Source: a virus (Duplodnaviria > Caudoviricetes). From it: DNA of 43,370 nucleotides. This document shows, one piece after another, positions 9,531 to 19,516 of this stretch. The position numbers were made by a program, and so were the translations under genes. The stretch lies in the IMG/VR virus record IMGVR_UViG_3300042515_001235, positions 1 through 43,370 of that record. One strand, 5' to 3'. Every line of letters starts with the position of its first letter. The first letter of the stretch is position 1. The notes beneath the pieces are model-generated. The model saw only the letters and a list, made by a program, of their open reading frames with translations. It ran no database searches and had not been told where the DNA came from.

Positions 9531-10652
9531 ATGCTAACCTACTTTGACCTCATCGAATCTCTGATCACCGCATCGTTCGGCGGCCCACAAGACGCCGAGC
9601 AGCGGGACATCCGGTCTGCCATTCACAAAGCGTACGACGAGGTCACCTCGGTGCGGGACTGGTCCTGCTATCAGGTGCATGGCCGCGTCATCACGGACCC
9701 GCCGTATTCGACGGGCACGGTCTCGTTTAGCACATCGACCAACCAGCTCACCCTGACCGGCGGCACTTGGCCAACATGGGCCGTCTACGGGCATGTCCGC
9801 ATTGGGACGCGCATCGCCGCGGTATCGGAGCGCACCTCCAGCACGGTCCTGACGCTAGATCCCGCAGTCACGTTCCCGGAGACCCTGACAGCGCAGCCGT
9901 ACACGTTCTATCGCACGCTGTACCCGATGCCGTCAGACTTCAGGAACCTGGACGAGCCGTCCTCGGAATACAACTGGTGGAGCGGTCTCTACATTACGCC
10001 AGATCAGGCGATGAAGCTGGAGCGGATTTGGAAAGCCACGGGCGCTCCGTACAACTGGACGATCTTGCAACTCAATGGCCAGTGGGTGATGAAGCTCATT
10101 GGCTACCCGATCAAGACCGAGACGGTCGACTTCACCTATCGCAGGCTGCCCAGGTCGCTGCGGTACTCCGGCCATGAGGCGAACTCCCGGGCTGGGACCA
10201 TTGCTCGCTCGGGAACGACCGTCACCCTGTCTGGGGCTACCACGTTCGTTGCTGGCTTTGATGGCGCAGTCCTCCGGGTCGGTGACACAACTAACTTCCC
10301 CGGGCCGATTGAGTCTCTGACTCCGTATGCCTCGGAGTCCATCATCACCTCGGTGACCAGCTCCACGGCCCTGGAGACGCAGGTCTCGGGCACAATAGCC
10401 GGCAGTGCGAAGTACCTCATCACAGACCCCATCGACATCGCGCCTCATATGGGAGCGGTTATGGATGCGGCGTGCCAGTACTTCCTGGCCAGGATTCGGA
10501 AGTCTGGTGAAGACAAGGCGCTCCAGATGTACCAGCGCGATCTCCGCATGGCCCTGGAACGCGACCAACTGGCTCCGCTCTCGGGGCGCAGTCGGCAGAT
10601 TTACCATGACGGCGGGTGGCGCAGCCCGCTCAAGGTGGACCGCGGCGTATGA
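9531..10652 (+). CDS. putative head-tail adaptor protein
   Basis: N-terminal helices (IRSAIHKAYDEV..RDW), YPMPSDF motif and C-terminal helical YQRDL. Inserted beta modules. Located before the nozzle-like gene. Confidence 0.55.
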   Translation: MLTYFDLIESLITASFGGPQDAEQRDIRSAIHKAYDEVTSVRDWSCYQVHGRVITDPPYSTGTVSFSTSTNQLTLTGGTWPTWAVYGHVRIGTRIAAVSERTSSTVLTLDPAVTFPETLTAQPYTFYRTLYPMPSDFRNLDEPSSEYNWWSGLYITPDQAMKLERIWKATGAPYNWTILQLNGQWVMKLIGYPIKTETVDFTYRRLPRSLRYSGHEANSRAGTIARSGTTVTLSGATTFVAGFDGAVLRVGDTTNFPGPIESLTPYASESIITSVTSSTALETQVSGTIAGSAKYLITDPIDIAPHMGAVMDAACQYFLARIRKSGEDKALQMYQRDLRMALERDQLAPLSGRSRQIYHDGGWRSPLKVDRGV

Positions 10653-10915
10653 TCATCATTGAGAAGTGGGCCGGGCTTGCCACTAACGCCGGGCAGTACT
10701 CACTGCCCCCAGGCGCTGCGGTGACCCAGGTCAACCTGCAAGTACTCACCCCCGGTCAGCTCACAGTGCGCCCGGGGATGAACGCGGTGTCGTTCGCCTC
10801 CAGCGAGTCGGCAACCCTGCCGATCCTCGCGTCTTTCCGACAGTCTCGCGGCGTAGAGATTGTTCTGTTCCAAGACTCCGCCGGCAGAGTTCTCTCAGCT
10901 GGAGGGCCGACTTGA
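10649..10915 (+). CDS. small protein resembling the N-terminus of a podovirus nozzle/tail tubular protein B
   Basis: ATG 10649 (ATGA overlap). WAGLATN..SLPPGAA...NL....GQLTVRPG resembles nozzle N-termini. Confidence 0.55.
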   Translation: MIIIEKWAGLATNAGQYSLPPGAAVTQVNLQVLTPGQLTVRPGMNAVSFASSESATLPILASFRQSRGVEIVLFQDSAGRVLSAGGPT

Positions 10916-13509
10916 GCGTCCTGACCACGCGAACAACTGGCGGCATCAATACCGTCACCTTGGTCAGCGGAGGATCCGGCTACACGGCGCCCCCAACCGT
11001 ATCTTTTGGCAGCGGCACTGGCGTGGCCATCATGGCCGGCACGCGCGTCTCTGGCATAGCGATTATCTCCGCTGGGACAGGGAACACTTCCGCCCAGACC
11101 ATCTCCTTCACTGGTGGCGGCGGAACCGGGGCTGCCGGAACGGCCTACGCCTTTGCTGGTTCGACCGTGAGGCCAATGTGCTTCTTCCGGGATCGCAAGG
11201 ACTGGCTCTACGGCGTTGATGGCATGGGCAGGGGGATACGCATTTCTCCTGACGCCACTACCAGCGTGCCGCTTGGGATTCATCCGCCGAGTGTTGGGCC
11301 CGTTGCGACAACGTCCTCAACGACTGGTGCAGGCCGGGTGACGGCGGTCCAGATCATCAACAGCGGCGTGGGCTATAGCTCGGCGCCCGAAGTGCAATTT
11401 TCTGGCGGCACACCATCTCGCCCCGCCACGGCCGTGGCAACGGTCTTCAACGGTCGGGTCACCGCCGTCCGCGTGCAGGACTCGGGTGCCGGGTATCTCA
11501 CAACGCCAACCGTCACCATGTCTGGCGGCATGGCCAACGCGGCTGCCTTCAGCCTCGGTGTGGCTGGGAAGGTGGCTAGCGTTGACATCACCAGTCACGG
11601 GTCTGGCTACACCTCCAACGCCACCACCAATCCGACCATTCAGTTCTCAACGGGCCAGGGCCTGACGGGCGTGGCCGCGGTGGTGAACGTGGATCAGCTT
11701 GGCCGCGTGGATGGCATCCGCATCCTGTCGGGCGGGACGGGAGCCACAACGACCGGCGTGACGGCGACCATTGTCGGTGGCGGCGGGACGGGCGCCGTGG
11801 TGGGCGTGCAGATGCAGTACGCGGTGAACGCCGTGACGGTCTCGGCTAGCGGGCAGGGATTCAAGGTTGCGCCGGTGCTGACATTTACCGCGGCCACGGA
11901 CGATGCCAGCGGTCGCGGCGCCTCCGCCGTGGCGACCGTTAACAGTACCGGCAACATCAGTGCTGTGACCGTCATCAGCGGCGGGCAGTACTCCAAGCCG
12001 CCAACGTGCGCAGTCGCAGACACCACGGCCAAGGCGCAGGCCACAATGGCCAAGTCTATGGCCGGGGAGTACAGGTGCTGCATCCGATTTACGGACAGCA
12101 CAGAGGAGTCCATGGGCGGGCCGATCCCGTCTTCCATCTCGGAGTTAGTTGAGGTCGATAGCGCGGCCGGGGCCGGAACATTTACGTGGGCACTTCCGGC
12201 CACAGCCTTAGACGCCCGGGTGACGCACGTTGAGCTGTGGCGAACGACCGCCGACCAGTCCGTGATTCTCTTCCGGGTCGCTCGGCTGACCATCGGGACC
12301 ACATCCTATTCCGATTCATTTTCCGATGACGACCTGACGGACACCGCGCGTGCCGATTACGGACTCATGCCGGTCACAATGCCCAGCGGCCAGATCAACG
12401 CCCGCCGGTTCGGGGTGCCGCCGGGCAACTTCGCCGTGGCCTGCATGTTCCAGGACCGCGCATGGTATGCCGTTGACACCATAGGCGCGCGGCCCAACGC
12501 GCTCATGTACTCCGAGATTGACGAGCCGGAGAGCGTGCCGACCGAAAACGAGCTGCTGCTTCAGGAGAACGTGACGGAGAAGGACGAGATCACCGCACTC
12601 ATCCCGCTGGGGCCGCAGCTGGTGGTCGCCCAGAAGAACCATCTCTACAAGCTGACCTACGTCGCGCAGCCGATCCTGGATGCGTCCTTCATGCTGTCGG
12701 CGCACCGCGGAGTCCTGCACAACCGTTGCTGGGGCATTTTGTCCGGCGTGGCGTTCTTGGTGGACTCGCAGGGCATGTATGCGTACGACGGAAGCCAAGT
12801 CGACGCCATATCCGTGCCGGTGGACAACTACTGGCGCGACCGCATCATCGACTTCTCCAAGTCGGCTTCCTTCCATGTCCACGCGGACACGGTCGCCAAG
12901 GTGATCCGATTCTACTATTGCCGCACTGGCGACTCGCTTCCCGTGCGAGCCCTGTGCTTTTGCGTAGCGACGAAGGCGTGGTGGGAGGAAACCTACCCAG
13001 CCGCCGTCACCTCCGCGTGCAACGTGGTCATCAACGGCCGCCGCGAGCAGATCAACGGCACGGCTGGCGGGGCGTGGAAGAAGCACTCCGGTCTGGCAGA
13101 TGATGGCAATGCAATCGCGTACGAATATCGCTCTGGCCCTATGCCACTCGTTAACGAGCAGGGCGACCGCTCCGTGACGATCCTGTATCAGCCAACGTCC
13201 GACAATACGGAACTGCAACTCCGGCTGCACTACAACGGCTCTAGCTCCCCGCGGGCGAACGCCATCACTACCGACCGCGGAGTCGGGTTCACAACTACCG
13301 GCGGCAGCACGCAGGCTGTCCTCAACATGAATCGCCAGAGGTCTGCGCTGGGCGATGCTACCGGCGAGGCTCGGGCGCACTACGCCGGGCGTGTGGATGA
13401 TCGATCCTCGGGCGGTGATAGGCATGTGGCCGTGGCGCTGGGGGGCACGCAAGCCGCAACGGCTCCGGTAACGATCTACGGCATCTCTGTCTCGGGAGCC
13501 AGTGCCTGA
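10912..13509 (+). CDS. tail nozzle-like protein with N-terminal tandem beta repeats
   Basis: TTG start with SD GGAGGG. About six repeats of the type V-I-x-x-G-x-GY-x-x-x-P-x-V-x-F. The C-terminal half is beta-propeller-like (FQDRAWY, LMYSEIDEPES, ITALIP, GMYAYDG, ISVPV). Confidence 0.65.
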   Translation: MSVLTTRTTGGINTVTLVSGGSGYTAPPTVSFGSGTGVAIMAGTRVSGIAIISAGTGNTSAQTISFTGGGGTGAAGTAYAFAGSTVRPMCFFRDRKDWLYGVDGMGRGIRISPDATTSVPLGIHPPSVGPVATTSSTTGAGRVTAVQIINSGVGYSSAPEVQFSGGTPSRPATAVATVFNGRVTAVRVQDSGAGYLTTPTVTMSGGMANAAAFSLGVAGKVASVDITSHGSGYTSNATTNPTIQFSTGQGLTGVAAVVNVDQLGRVDGIRILSGGTGATTTGVTATIVGGGGTGAVVGVQMQYAVNAVTVSASGQGFKVAPVLTFTAATDDASGRGASAVATVNSTGNISAVTVISGGQYSKPPTCAVADTTAKAQATMAKSMAGEYRCCIRFTDSTEESMGGPIPSSISELVEVDSAAGAGTFTWALPATALDARVTHVELWRTTADQSVILFRVARLTIGTTSYSDSFSDDDLTDTARADYGLMPVTMPSGQINARRFGVPPGNFAVACMFQDRAWYAVDTIGARPNALMYSEIDEPESVPTENELLLQENVTEKDEITALIPLGPQLVVAQKNHLYKLTYVAQPILDASFMLSAHRGVLHNRCWGILSGVAFLVDSQGMYAYDGSQVDAISVPVDNYWRDRIIDFSKSASFHVHADTVAKVIRFYYCRTGDSLPVRALCFCVATKAWWEETYPAAVTSACNVVINGRREQINGTAGGAWKKHSGLADDGNAIAYEYRSGPMPLVNEQGDRSVTILYQPTSDNTELQLRLHYNGSSSPRANAITTDRGVGFTTTGGSTQAVLNMNRQRSALGDATGEARAHYAGRVDDRSSGGDRHVAVALGGTQAATAPVTIYGISVSGASA

Positions 13510-14252
13510 TGCTTACGCAAGCCGCGCCGGCTATCGTTCAGGCCCTGGCGGGCGTTCTACCCGATGCGGCGCTGAAGCAGCTCGTCCAGGCTCTCGGCAA
13601 TTGCGTCCAGCCCCTGACGCATCGCGGGCAGGTGAATGTGCAGCCGGACTCCGGCAAGCTGCCCGGCGGCTTCCAGCCCGGCGGCGGGAGGTGGAACCCC
13701 AACGACTACCAAGGCATTATGCCGCGGGCTGGCGGGGGCGGCTTCACGGACTTCCCCGGCTACTCCCACAATTGGAACACCAACAACTACGCGGGCTCGC
13801 AGTTCGATTTTCGGACACAACCCGAGTTCAACACCAACAACTACTACGGCGGCCCGACGTTCAACGTAGGCGGAAACTCCTATTTTGAGAACAGTTACGT
13901 CACAAACCATACGACCGAGAATCTGACCACCAATAATTTCAACGTCCGCTACATCAACAACTTCCCCGTAGAGCCCGGTCCAGCCGGGCCTCCTGGCGAC
14001 AAGGGCGACCGCGGCAACGACGGCGCACCCGGGGCGGATGGCGGTGGCGGATTTGAGCCGCGAACTAAGGCCGACGCATTCCTGGACTCCCTGCCTGCTA
14101 TCGGCCCGGCGGAGGGGCTAGTAGTCATCCCCGGCGATGCCATCCATTTTAACGCGGAGACCTGCACCGTCACCGTGGACCCCTTCCAAATTACCCTGCC
14201 AGTCAAGGCTGGGCAGCCTCAACTTAGGGCCATCCGCTACTACGGCCCCTGA
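13509..14252 (+). CDS. putative virion protein with short collagen-like segment
   Basis: GPAGPPGDKGDRGNDGAPGADG triplets and an Asn-rich stretch. TGATG coupling. Confidence 0.65.
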   Translation: MLTQAAPAIVQALAGVLPDAALKQLVQALGNCVQPLTHRGQVNVQPDSGKLPGGFQPGGGRWNPNDYQGIMPRAGGGGFTDFPGYSHNWNTNNYAGSQFDFRTQPEFNTNNYYGGPTFNVGGNSYFENSYVTNHTTENLTTNNFNVRYINNFPVEPGPAGPPGDKGDRGNDGAPGADGGGGFEPRTKADAFLDSLPAIGPAEGLVVIPGDAIHFNAETCTVTVDPFQITLPVKAGQPQLRAIRYYGP

Positions 14253-14280
14253 CGCGGACAATAGTCAGTAAGGAGAAGAT

Positions 14281-15585
14281 ATGTCTAGCTACAGACCGCC
14301 CAACCCTCGCTTTACCAGCACGGCCGGCTATTACACCGGCGCCGGGCAGGCCCCGAGCCAGTTTGCCGACACGTACGCCAAGACCTACGGCACGTACGGC
14401 CAGGGGCTGGCAAGCATGGGAAACTCCTATGCGAACGCCTACGGCTCCTACATGGGCGGTCTGGCGAACCTCGCTACCCAGCAGGCCAACGAGCGAGGAG
14501 CACGGGCATCCGCCGCTGCGCAGGCCGAGGCGGCTCGGCAGCTTGCTTCCGGCAACATCGGTTCTGCCGCGCTGGGTGCGTACGGCGGCGCCGCCAACTC
14601 TGCCTTCGACGCATGGAAGGGCAATCAGCAGTCGTATAACCAGTCAGTGGGCCTGATGCATCAGGCCAATCAGTCCGGCCTGTCGAACTACGGCATTTCC
14701 CGGAATCAGGCGCTGGGCCAGCTGGGTGACGCCTACGGCAATATCGGCAAGGCGCAGGTGGGAGCCAATGCGCTGGCCAACCTCAACATCAGCGGCATGT
14801 TCGGCGGCGGTGGAGGTGGTGGTGGCGGATTCTCTGCCAGCGGGCCGGACGGCCAAATAGCCTCTGGCTCCTACGGCGGATTACGGGAGGTTGCGCCAAG
14901 AGTTTACGCGCCGGCAGGAGTCAGGACGTTAAACGAGTACCGGGACGAAAAGGCCGGCGGGTTCTCCATGACTGGCAGCCGTTCCTCTGGCGGCGGTGGA
15001 GGTGGCTCGGCGCTGGAAGGGCTCGCCGGGCTCCGCCAGAACCTCATGTCCCGCGACCTGCCAGAAGACATGCTTGGCGAAGCCCGGCGTGGCCGCGAGC
15101 AGCTTGACATGCAGCACTACTCGTCGCGCAACATGCCGAGTCAGATGCTGAACCAGACGCTGGGTGGTCTGGTTGGCCTTGGCAATCAGGCTTACGGCGC
15201 TTCCGGCCGCGGCATGGATCAGTTCTATGCCAACCAGCGGAACGAGGCTTCGTACAACCCCTACAGGGCCTTGGCCGCCCAGATGGAGAGCGGCTATGGC
15301 ACGGTCGGCCGGCAGATCGGCGGCACGCAGCGTGATCTGACGAGCGGCTTCGGCACGGCCAACCAGAACGTGGGCGACCTGTGGCGGGATTCTTGGGGGA
15401 ATAGTGGCCTGTTTGGAACTCGCCCCAGGACTCGCGAAGAACTCATGGACGAGCTGATGGGCGAGGTGATCAACGAGCGCAGGGTTGGCTACAACCCCTC
15501 CACTCATACGGTGGCCCTGATGGAAGACCTTGCGCGAGACGCTGCCGAGGGCGGGCGGCGCAACGTGGCTCGGAGATGGCGGTAA
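14281..15585 (+). CDS. Gly/Ala/Gln-rich putative internal virion (ejection) protein
   Basis: SD AAGGAG. Composition and position are typical of podovirus DNA-transfer proteins. Confidence 0.6.
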   Translation: MSSYRPPNPRFTSTAGYYTGAGQAPSQFADTYAKTYGTYGQGLASMGNSYANAYGSYMGGLANLATQQANERGARASAAAQAEAARQLASGNIGSAALGAYGGAANSAFDAWKGNQQSYNQSVGLMHQANQSGLSNYGISRNQALGQLGDAYGNIGKAQVGANALANLNISGMFGGGGGGGGGFSASGPDGQIASGSYGGLREVAPRVYAPAGVRTLNEYRDEKAGGFSMTGSRSSGGGGGGSALEGLAGLRQNLMSRDLPEDMLGEARRGREQLDMQHYSSRNMPSQMLNQTLGGLVGLGNQAYGASGRGMDQFYANQRNEASYNPYRALAAQMESGYGTVGRQIGGTQRDLTSGFGTANQNVGDLWRDSWGNSGLFGTRPRTREELMDELMGEVINERRVGYNPSTHTVALMEDLARDAAEGGRRNVARRWR

Positions 15586-15591
15586 CGCAGA

Positions 15592-15930
15592 ATGCTGACC
15601 TACAACACAACACTCCAAAACAAGCCGCCCGCCGCTAGCCCACTGCGGGACATGGCCGCGTTTGCTGTCGCCCCGCCGCACTCGCAGTTCGGCAGCAACT
15701 ACCTGGACCTCGCCCAGTCATACGGCCAGCGCAACGCTGCTGATTACGCCGTCGCCGCCGACAAGGCGAACACGGACTACCAGCTCAAGCAGCAGGAAGC
15801 GCAGCGTCAGCTCGTCTTGCAGGGCCTCCAGCAGATGTCCCAGGCCCAGCAGAACGAGCAGGGCTTGGCGACCCAGCGACTCGGCAATGCCACCGGACTT
15901 ATGAGCAGCCTCCTGTCGGGCCTGTTTTAA
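15592..15930 (+). CDS. putative small ejection protein
   Basis: Q/A-rich helical protein ending in amphipathic LMSSLLSGLF. Confidence 0.55.
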   Translation: MLTYNTTLQNKPPAASPLRDMAAFAVAPPHSQFGSNYLDLAQSYGQRNAADYAVAADKANTDYQLKQQEAQRQLVLQGLQQMSQAQQNEQGLATQRLGNATGLMSSLLSGLF

Positions 15931-16344
15931 ATGAACACCGTCAACCTCAATCAAACGCCGCCCTCTGGCATTTCGCCCAAGGCGATGACCGGGGCATTCA
16001 ACAACCGCGTGGCCGAGGCGTACGCCAACGCGGACCCGCGATTCCTGGTGAAGGCCCGTGACCGCGCCGGGCTTTCCAGAGGCGCTGGCCAGTGGGCGGT
16101 GGCCGGCAGCGACTCCGCCAAGGCGCTGGCAGATGGCCTTGCCAATGCGTACGGCCAGAACCTCCAGAACTCCTCCTACAACGCCAACGCGCAGCTTGCG
16201 GGGCAGCAGGCGCAGGAGACGCAGGCTCAAGCGCTCGGTGCGCTTCAGCAGCAGAACGCCTACGCCAACGAAATGGCTGGCCTCCAGCGGCAGCAGATGG
16301 TCATGGGATTGCTTGGCGGCCTCTTTAAAGGATTCTTCGACTGA
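15931..16344 (+). CDS. putative small ejection protein
   Basis: Q/A-rich, ends MGLLGGLFKGFFD, similar in style to the previous ORF. Confidence 0.55.
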   Translation: MNTVNLNQTPPSGISPKAMTGAFNNRVAEAYANADPRFLVKARDRAGLSRGAGQWAVAGSDSAKALADGLANAYGQNLQNSSYNANAQLAGQQAQETQAQALGALQQQNAYANEMAGLQRQQMVMGLLGGLFKGFFD

Positions 16345-16619
16345 TGGCTCGCATCGACCTGAACCTTGACGATCTCACCAACTCTGCGCTCAAGCGCATG
16401 GTGCAGCAGATGCTCACTGCCAGCGACAGCGAGGAGAAGAAGATCCTCGCCAAGCTCCAGAAGAAGGCCGAGAAGAACGACTTGGCCGACCTGGACGAGG
16501 AGATGCACGGGAAACCGAACACTCCCCAGGTGGAAGACAGCGACGACGCCTTCGATCTTGAGGCGAAGGGCGAGGATGATGAGGCGAGCGAGGTCGCTCC
16601 CAAGAAGAAGAGGAAGTAA
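16344..16619 (+). CDS. hypothetical acidic protein
   Basis: TGATG/TAATG coupling on both sides. Acidic body with a KKKRK tail. Confidence 0.65.
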   Translation: MARIDLNLDDLTNSALKRMVQQMLTASDSEEKKILAKLQKKAEKNDLADLDEEMHGKPNTPQVEDSDDAFDLEAKGEDDEASEVAPKKKRK

Positions 16620-18061
16620 TGGCGGGCCGCGTCTCCCAGCTTTCGGAATTCATCGCTCGCATCCAGGGTGCCACTGGCCTCCCGACCTCTCGCATTGAGC
16701 GGGCAATCGCTGAAGGTGGCTTGGATATCTCCACGGCCACGGCCGACGATGTCTACCGTGCGGCGACCAAGGCGCAGTTTGGCAGCGAGATGAAGCTGCC
16801 TGGGCCTGCGACTCCGTACGTGGCTCCCGAGCAGGTTGCCCCTGCTCCGGCCACCCCGCCTTCTCTTGGGGCCCGTGTTGGTGCCAACCCGGCTGCCCGT
16901 GAGGCCGTGATGGAGAACATGGACTCCGTCGCCTCCATGAACCCCGAGCTGGCCGGCAGGCTTCGGGCCGGCGCTGCGCCCGAGGATGTCTATGAGGCGT
17001 ACAAGCTCCTGGCCCGCAAGGGGATCTCCAGCGAGGATGCCATCCGCACGCTGCGGCAGAAGGAACTGCCGTTTGGCGAAGAGCCGCGCGGCCTCATCCC
17101 CTATGGTTCGCGTGGCCCTGGCGCGCCGGGGGCAGTCTCTGGCCCCGGTGTTCCGCAGAGCCCAGGAACCGGAATGATCCCGGCGCCGCCGAGGGGCATC
17201 CCGGGACAGACCAGGGCCATGTCGGTGCCCGAGGTGATCGCGGACGATTTCACTCGGCAGCTCGCGCAGGGGCGGGCACCGACGCGATGGAACACGCCGG
17301 ATGACGAGTACGCCAATCAGATGTGGCGTTCGCTTGGCAACCAGCCGTTTATGCAGCGCCTTCCACCCCCACCGCCGCCCCGTCTCCCCGGTCCTCCGGC
17401 AAGCGGTGGCGGTATGCCTCGGTGGGTTCCTCCTGCCGCTGCCGCCGCTGGGGCTGGCGCCGCCGCAATGCTTGCTCGGGATGACGAGCCGGCGGTGACT
17501 TCCGGCGGTGAAGCTGAACTCTCGGCAGAGACCAAGCCGCCACCGCAGGTCGCCCCGCAGGAAGTGCAGCCCCAGGTCAAGCAGGCGCCGCAGGACTACT
17601 CGGCCCAGGCCCGGGTTCTCATCAACCGACTCAATGACATGCGCCGCGCCGCTGGCGGCGAGGTTCCCGAAGCGGCTGCCATGCAGAAGGAGATCGACAG
17701 ACTCCTCGCCATGGGGAATGAGCAGCGACGGCAGCCGGACTTCACGCCGGGCGATCAGGCCAGCGACTACTACAAGCAGGCCCAGGCTCTTCTGGATCGG
17801 CTAAACGCCATGCGTGCCCAGGCCGGCGGCGAAGTCCCGCAGGCCCAGCAGATCATGGCCGAGGTACGGAAGCTCCAGGAGGCGGGTGATCGTCTGCGCA
17901 ACAACCCGCAGGCGAGGACGCCCGCTCCGCCACCGCAGGAAGCGCGGCGCGGAGTCCGGCCCGGCTACAACGCCCAGTTCCCCGGCAAGCCTACGGGCGG
18001 CCCAATGCTGCCGCACGGCACACGCCGCGCGCAGGGCCGCAGATCACCGAGCACAACGTAA
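16619..18061 (+). CDS. Pro/Ala-rich putative internal virion protein with internal duplication
   Basis: 480 aa with two 57-aa-period repeats (DY..QA...RLN.MR..AGGEVP). Confidence 0.6.
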   Translation: MAGRVSQLSEFIARIQGATGLPTSRIERAIAEGGLDISTATADDVYRAATKAQFGSEMKLPGPATPYVAPEQVAPAPATPPSLGARVGANPAAREAVMENMDSVASMNPELAGRLRAGAAPEDVYEAYKLLARKGISSEDAIRTLRQKELPFGEEPRGLIPYGSRGPGAPGAVSGPGVPQSPGTGMIPAPPRGIPGQTRAMSVPEVIADDFTRQLAQGRAPTRWNTPDDEYANQMWRSLGNQPFMQRLPPPPPPRLPGPPASGGGMPRWVPPAAAAAGAGAAAMLARDDEPAVTSGGEAELSAETKPPPQVAPQEVQPQVKQAPQDYSAQARVLINRLNDMRRAAGGEVPEAAAMQKEIDRLLAMGNEQRRQPDFTPGDQASDYYKQAQALLDRLNAMRAQAGGEVPQAQQIMAEVRKLQEAGDRLRNNPQARTPAPPPQEARRGVRPGYNAQFPGKPTGGPMLPHGTRRAQGRRSPSTT

Positions 18062-18076
18062 GAGCGGAGTAACACA

Positions 18077-19516
18077 ATGGCCCTAGACCTATCGAAGCGC
18101 ACTGACGATGAGGTGATGCTGGCGCACAATCAGCTGCGCATGCACCCAGAGTATTTCTTGAACAACCCCGAGTATCGCGCCGCTATCATCCAAGAGCACG
18201 GGCGTCGATTTGGTGGGTCGCGCGGCAGCCCGGGGCAGCAGGCCCCTAACGTGGATGCCAACCTTGATGCGGCCGACGTGCCGATCGCCGTTGAGCCCGA
18301 GGTGCGGCTTAAGCAGCGCACGCCACCAGTAGGCCCGGAGTCTGCTGATTCCATGGAAGCCCGCGGGCGGATGCCGCGTGAGGGAGTTCCGGCTGGCGAT
18401 GGCCTGCTGCCCGGCGAGACGCTGGATGAGTACGGCCGGAAATACCGCGCCGGCCTTGCTAGCCGCATCGATGCCGGAATTGCAGCGCGCCGCGGACTGC
18501 CCGACCCGGGGCAGGAAGCGTACAACGCCGCTACTGGCGTCATGCCGCGTCAGGCCGCTGGCGGTGATATGGACACCGTGATGATCGACGGTGTTGCTGT
18601 CCCCACATACCGCACCCCTGGCGGGCGAGTTGTGCTGGACGGCAAGGGCAACCCGATGACCACCATCGGCGCCGAGCGGCGAGCCAAGGAGGCCGCCTAC
18701 GACGCCAAGGAATCCGCCCGCATCAGCGCCGAGGCTCAGGAGAACCTCCAGAAGTACGGCTCTCGTCAGCTCTATCGCTATAAGCGCGATAACGATGGGA
18801 ATCTGCTTGACGCGGCCGGCAACATCATAGGCCCGGCCGGCGGGCGGCCAGTTGCAGAGAAGGTTACGGAGGGTCTTTCGCCAGAGGAGCTTGAGCAGCA
18901 GAATCGACTTGAGGCGCGGCGGCAGATGGAGTCTCGGCAAGTTTCGCAGAACGCCGCGCTGGCGAACCGGCCCGGTCTCAGGTCGTTGCAACAGCAGCAG
19001 GCCGAGGCCGTGGACTTTATCCGTCGCCGCAACATGATGGCCGGCGGATCGCAAAACATTCACTCCTCAAACGTCGGAGAGTGGAATCGTCTGGCCATGA
19101 TGGATCCGGCCGCGGCGCAGCGCGTCATGGAGCAGAACATGCCGATCAATAAGGATCGGGCCGACATGGCGAAGGCGCACAACGAGCAGCTCACGGCGCT
19201 TGGGCTGCGAGTTGCGACCGGCCAGGGGTTTCAGGACTTGGACGCAGCAGAGCGAAGGATGGGCATGCAGCGCCTTCAGGAATTGCGCGGCATAGCCGGC
19301 AAGGCTAAGAACGCCGCATGGCGAGACTATGAGCAGCAGGATGTACAGGAGGCGCTTGAGCGAGCTGGCGCGAGCCCCGAAGAGCGGGCGCTGATTATGG
19401 GCGAGCTGTTCGGCGGCCAGACTCCGGCTGCGGCCACGGCTCCGGCTCCTCCGGTCGGCGCCGCCCCTGGTGACGCCATTCCGACTGATGTGCGCGCCTG
19501 GGGCGGCATGGTGTAA
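18077..19516 (+). CDS. putative internal virion protein
   Basis: 479 aa, SD GGAG, helical low-complexity sequence, TAATG-coupled to the large ORF. Confidence 0.6.
   Translation: MALDLSKRTDDEVMLAHNQLRMHPEYFLNNPEYRAAIIQEHGRRFGGSRGSPGQQAPNVDANLDAADVPIAVEPEVRLKQRTPPVGPESADSMEARGRMPREGVPAGDGLLPGETLDEYGRKYRAGLASRIDAGIAARRGLPDPGQEAYNAATGVMPRQAAGGDMDTVMIDGVAVPTYRTPGGRVVLDGKGNPMTTIGAERRAKEAAYDAKESARISAEAQENLQKYGSRQLYRYKRDNDGNLLDAAGNIIGPAGGRPVAEKVTEGLSPEELEQQNRLEARRQMESRQVSQNAALANRPGLRSLQQQQAEAVDFIRRRNMMAGGSQNIHSSNVGEWNRLAMMDPAAAQRVMEQNMPINKDRADMAKAHNEQLTALGLRVATGQGFQDLDAAERRMGMQRLQELRGIAGKAKNAAWRDYEQQDVQEALERAGASPEERALIMGELFGGQTPAAATAPAPPVGAAPGDAIPTDVRAWGGMV

Noticed and set aside
12316-13452. 378-aa - strand ORF (similarly 22087-23271 and 18089-19063)
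   Set aside because: Shadows of well-supported + strand virion genes.
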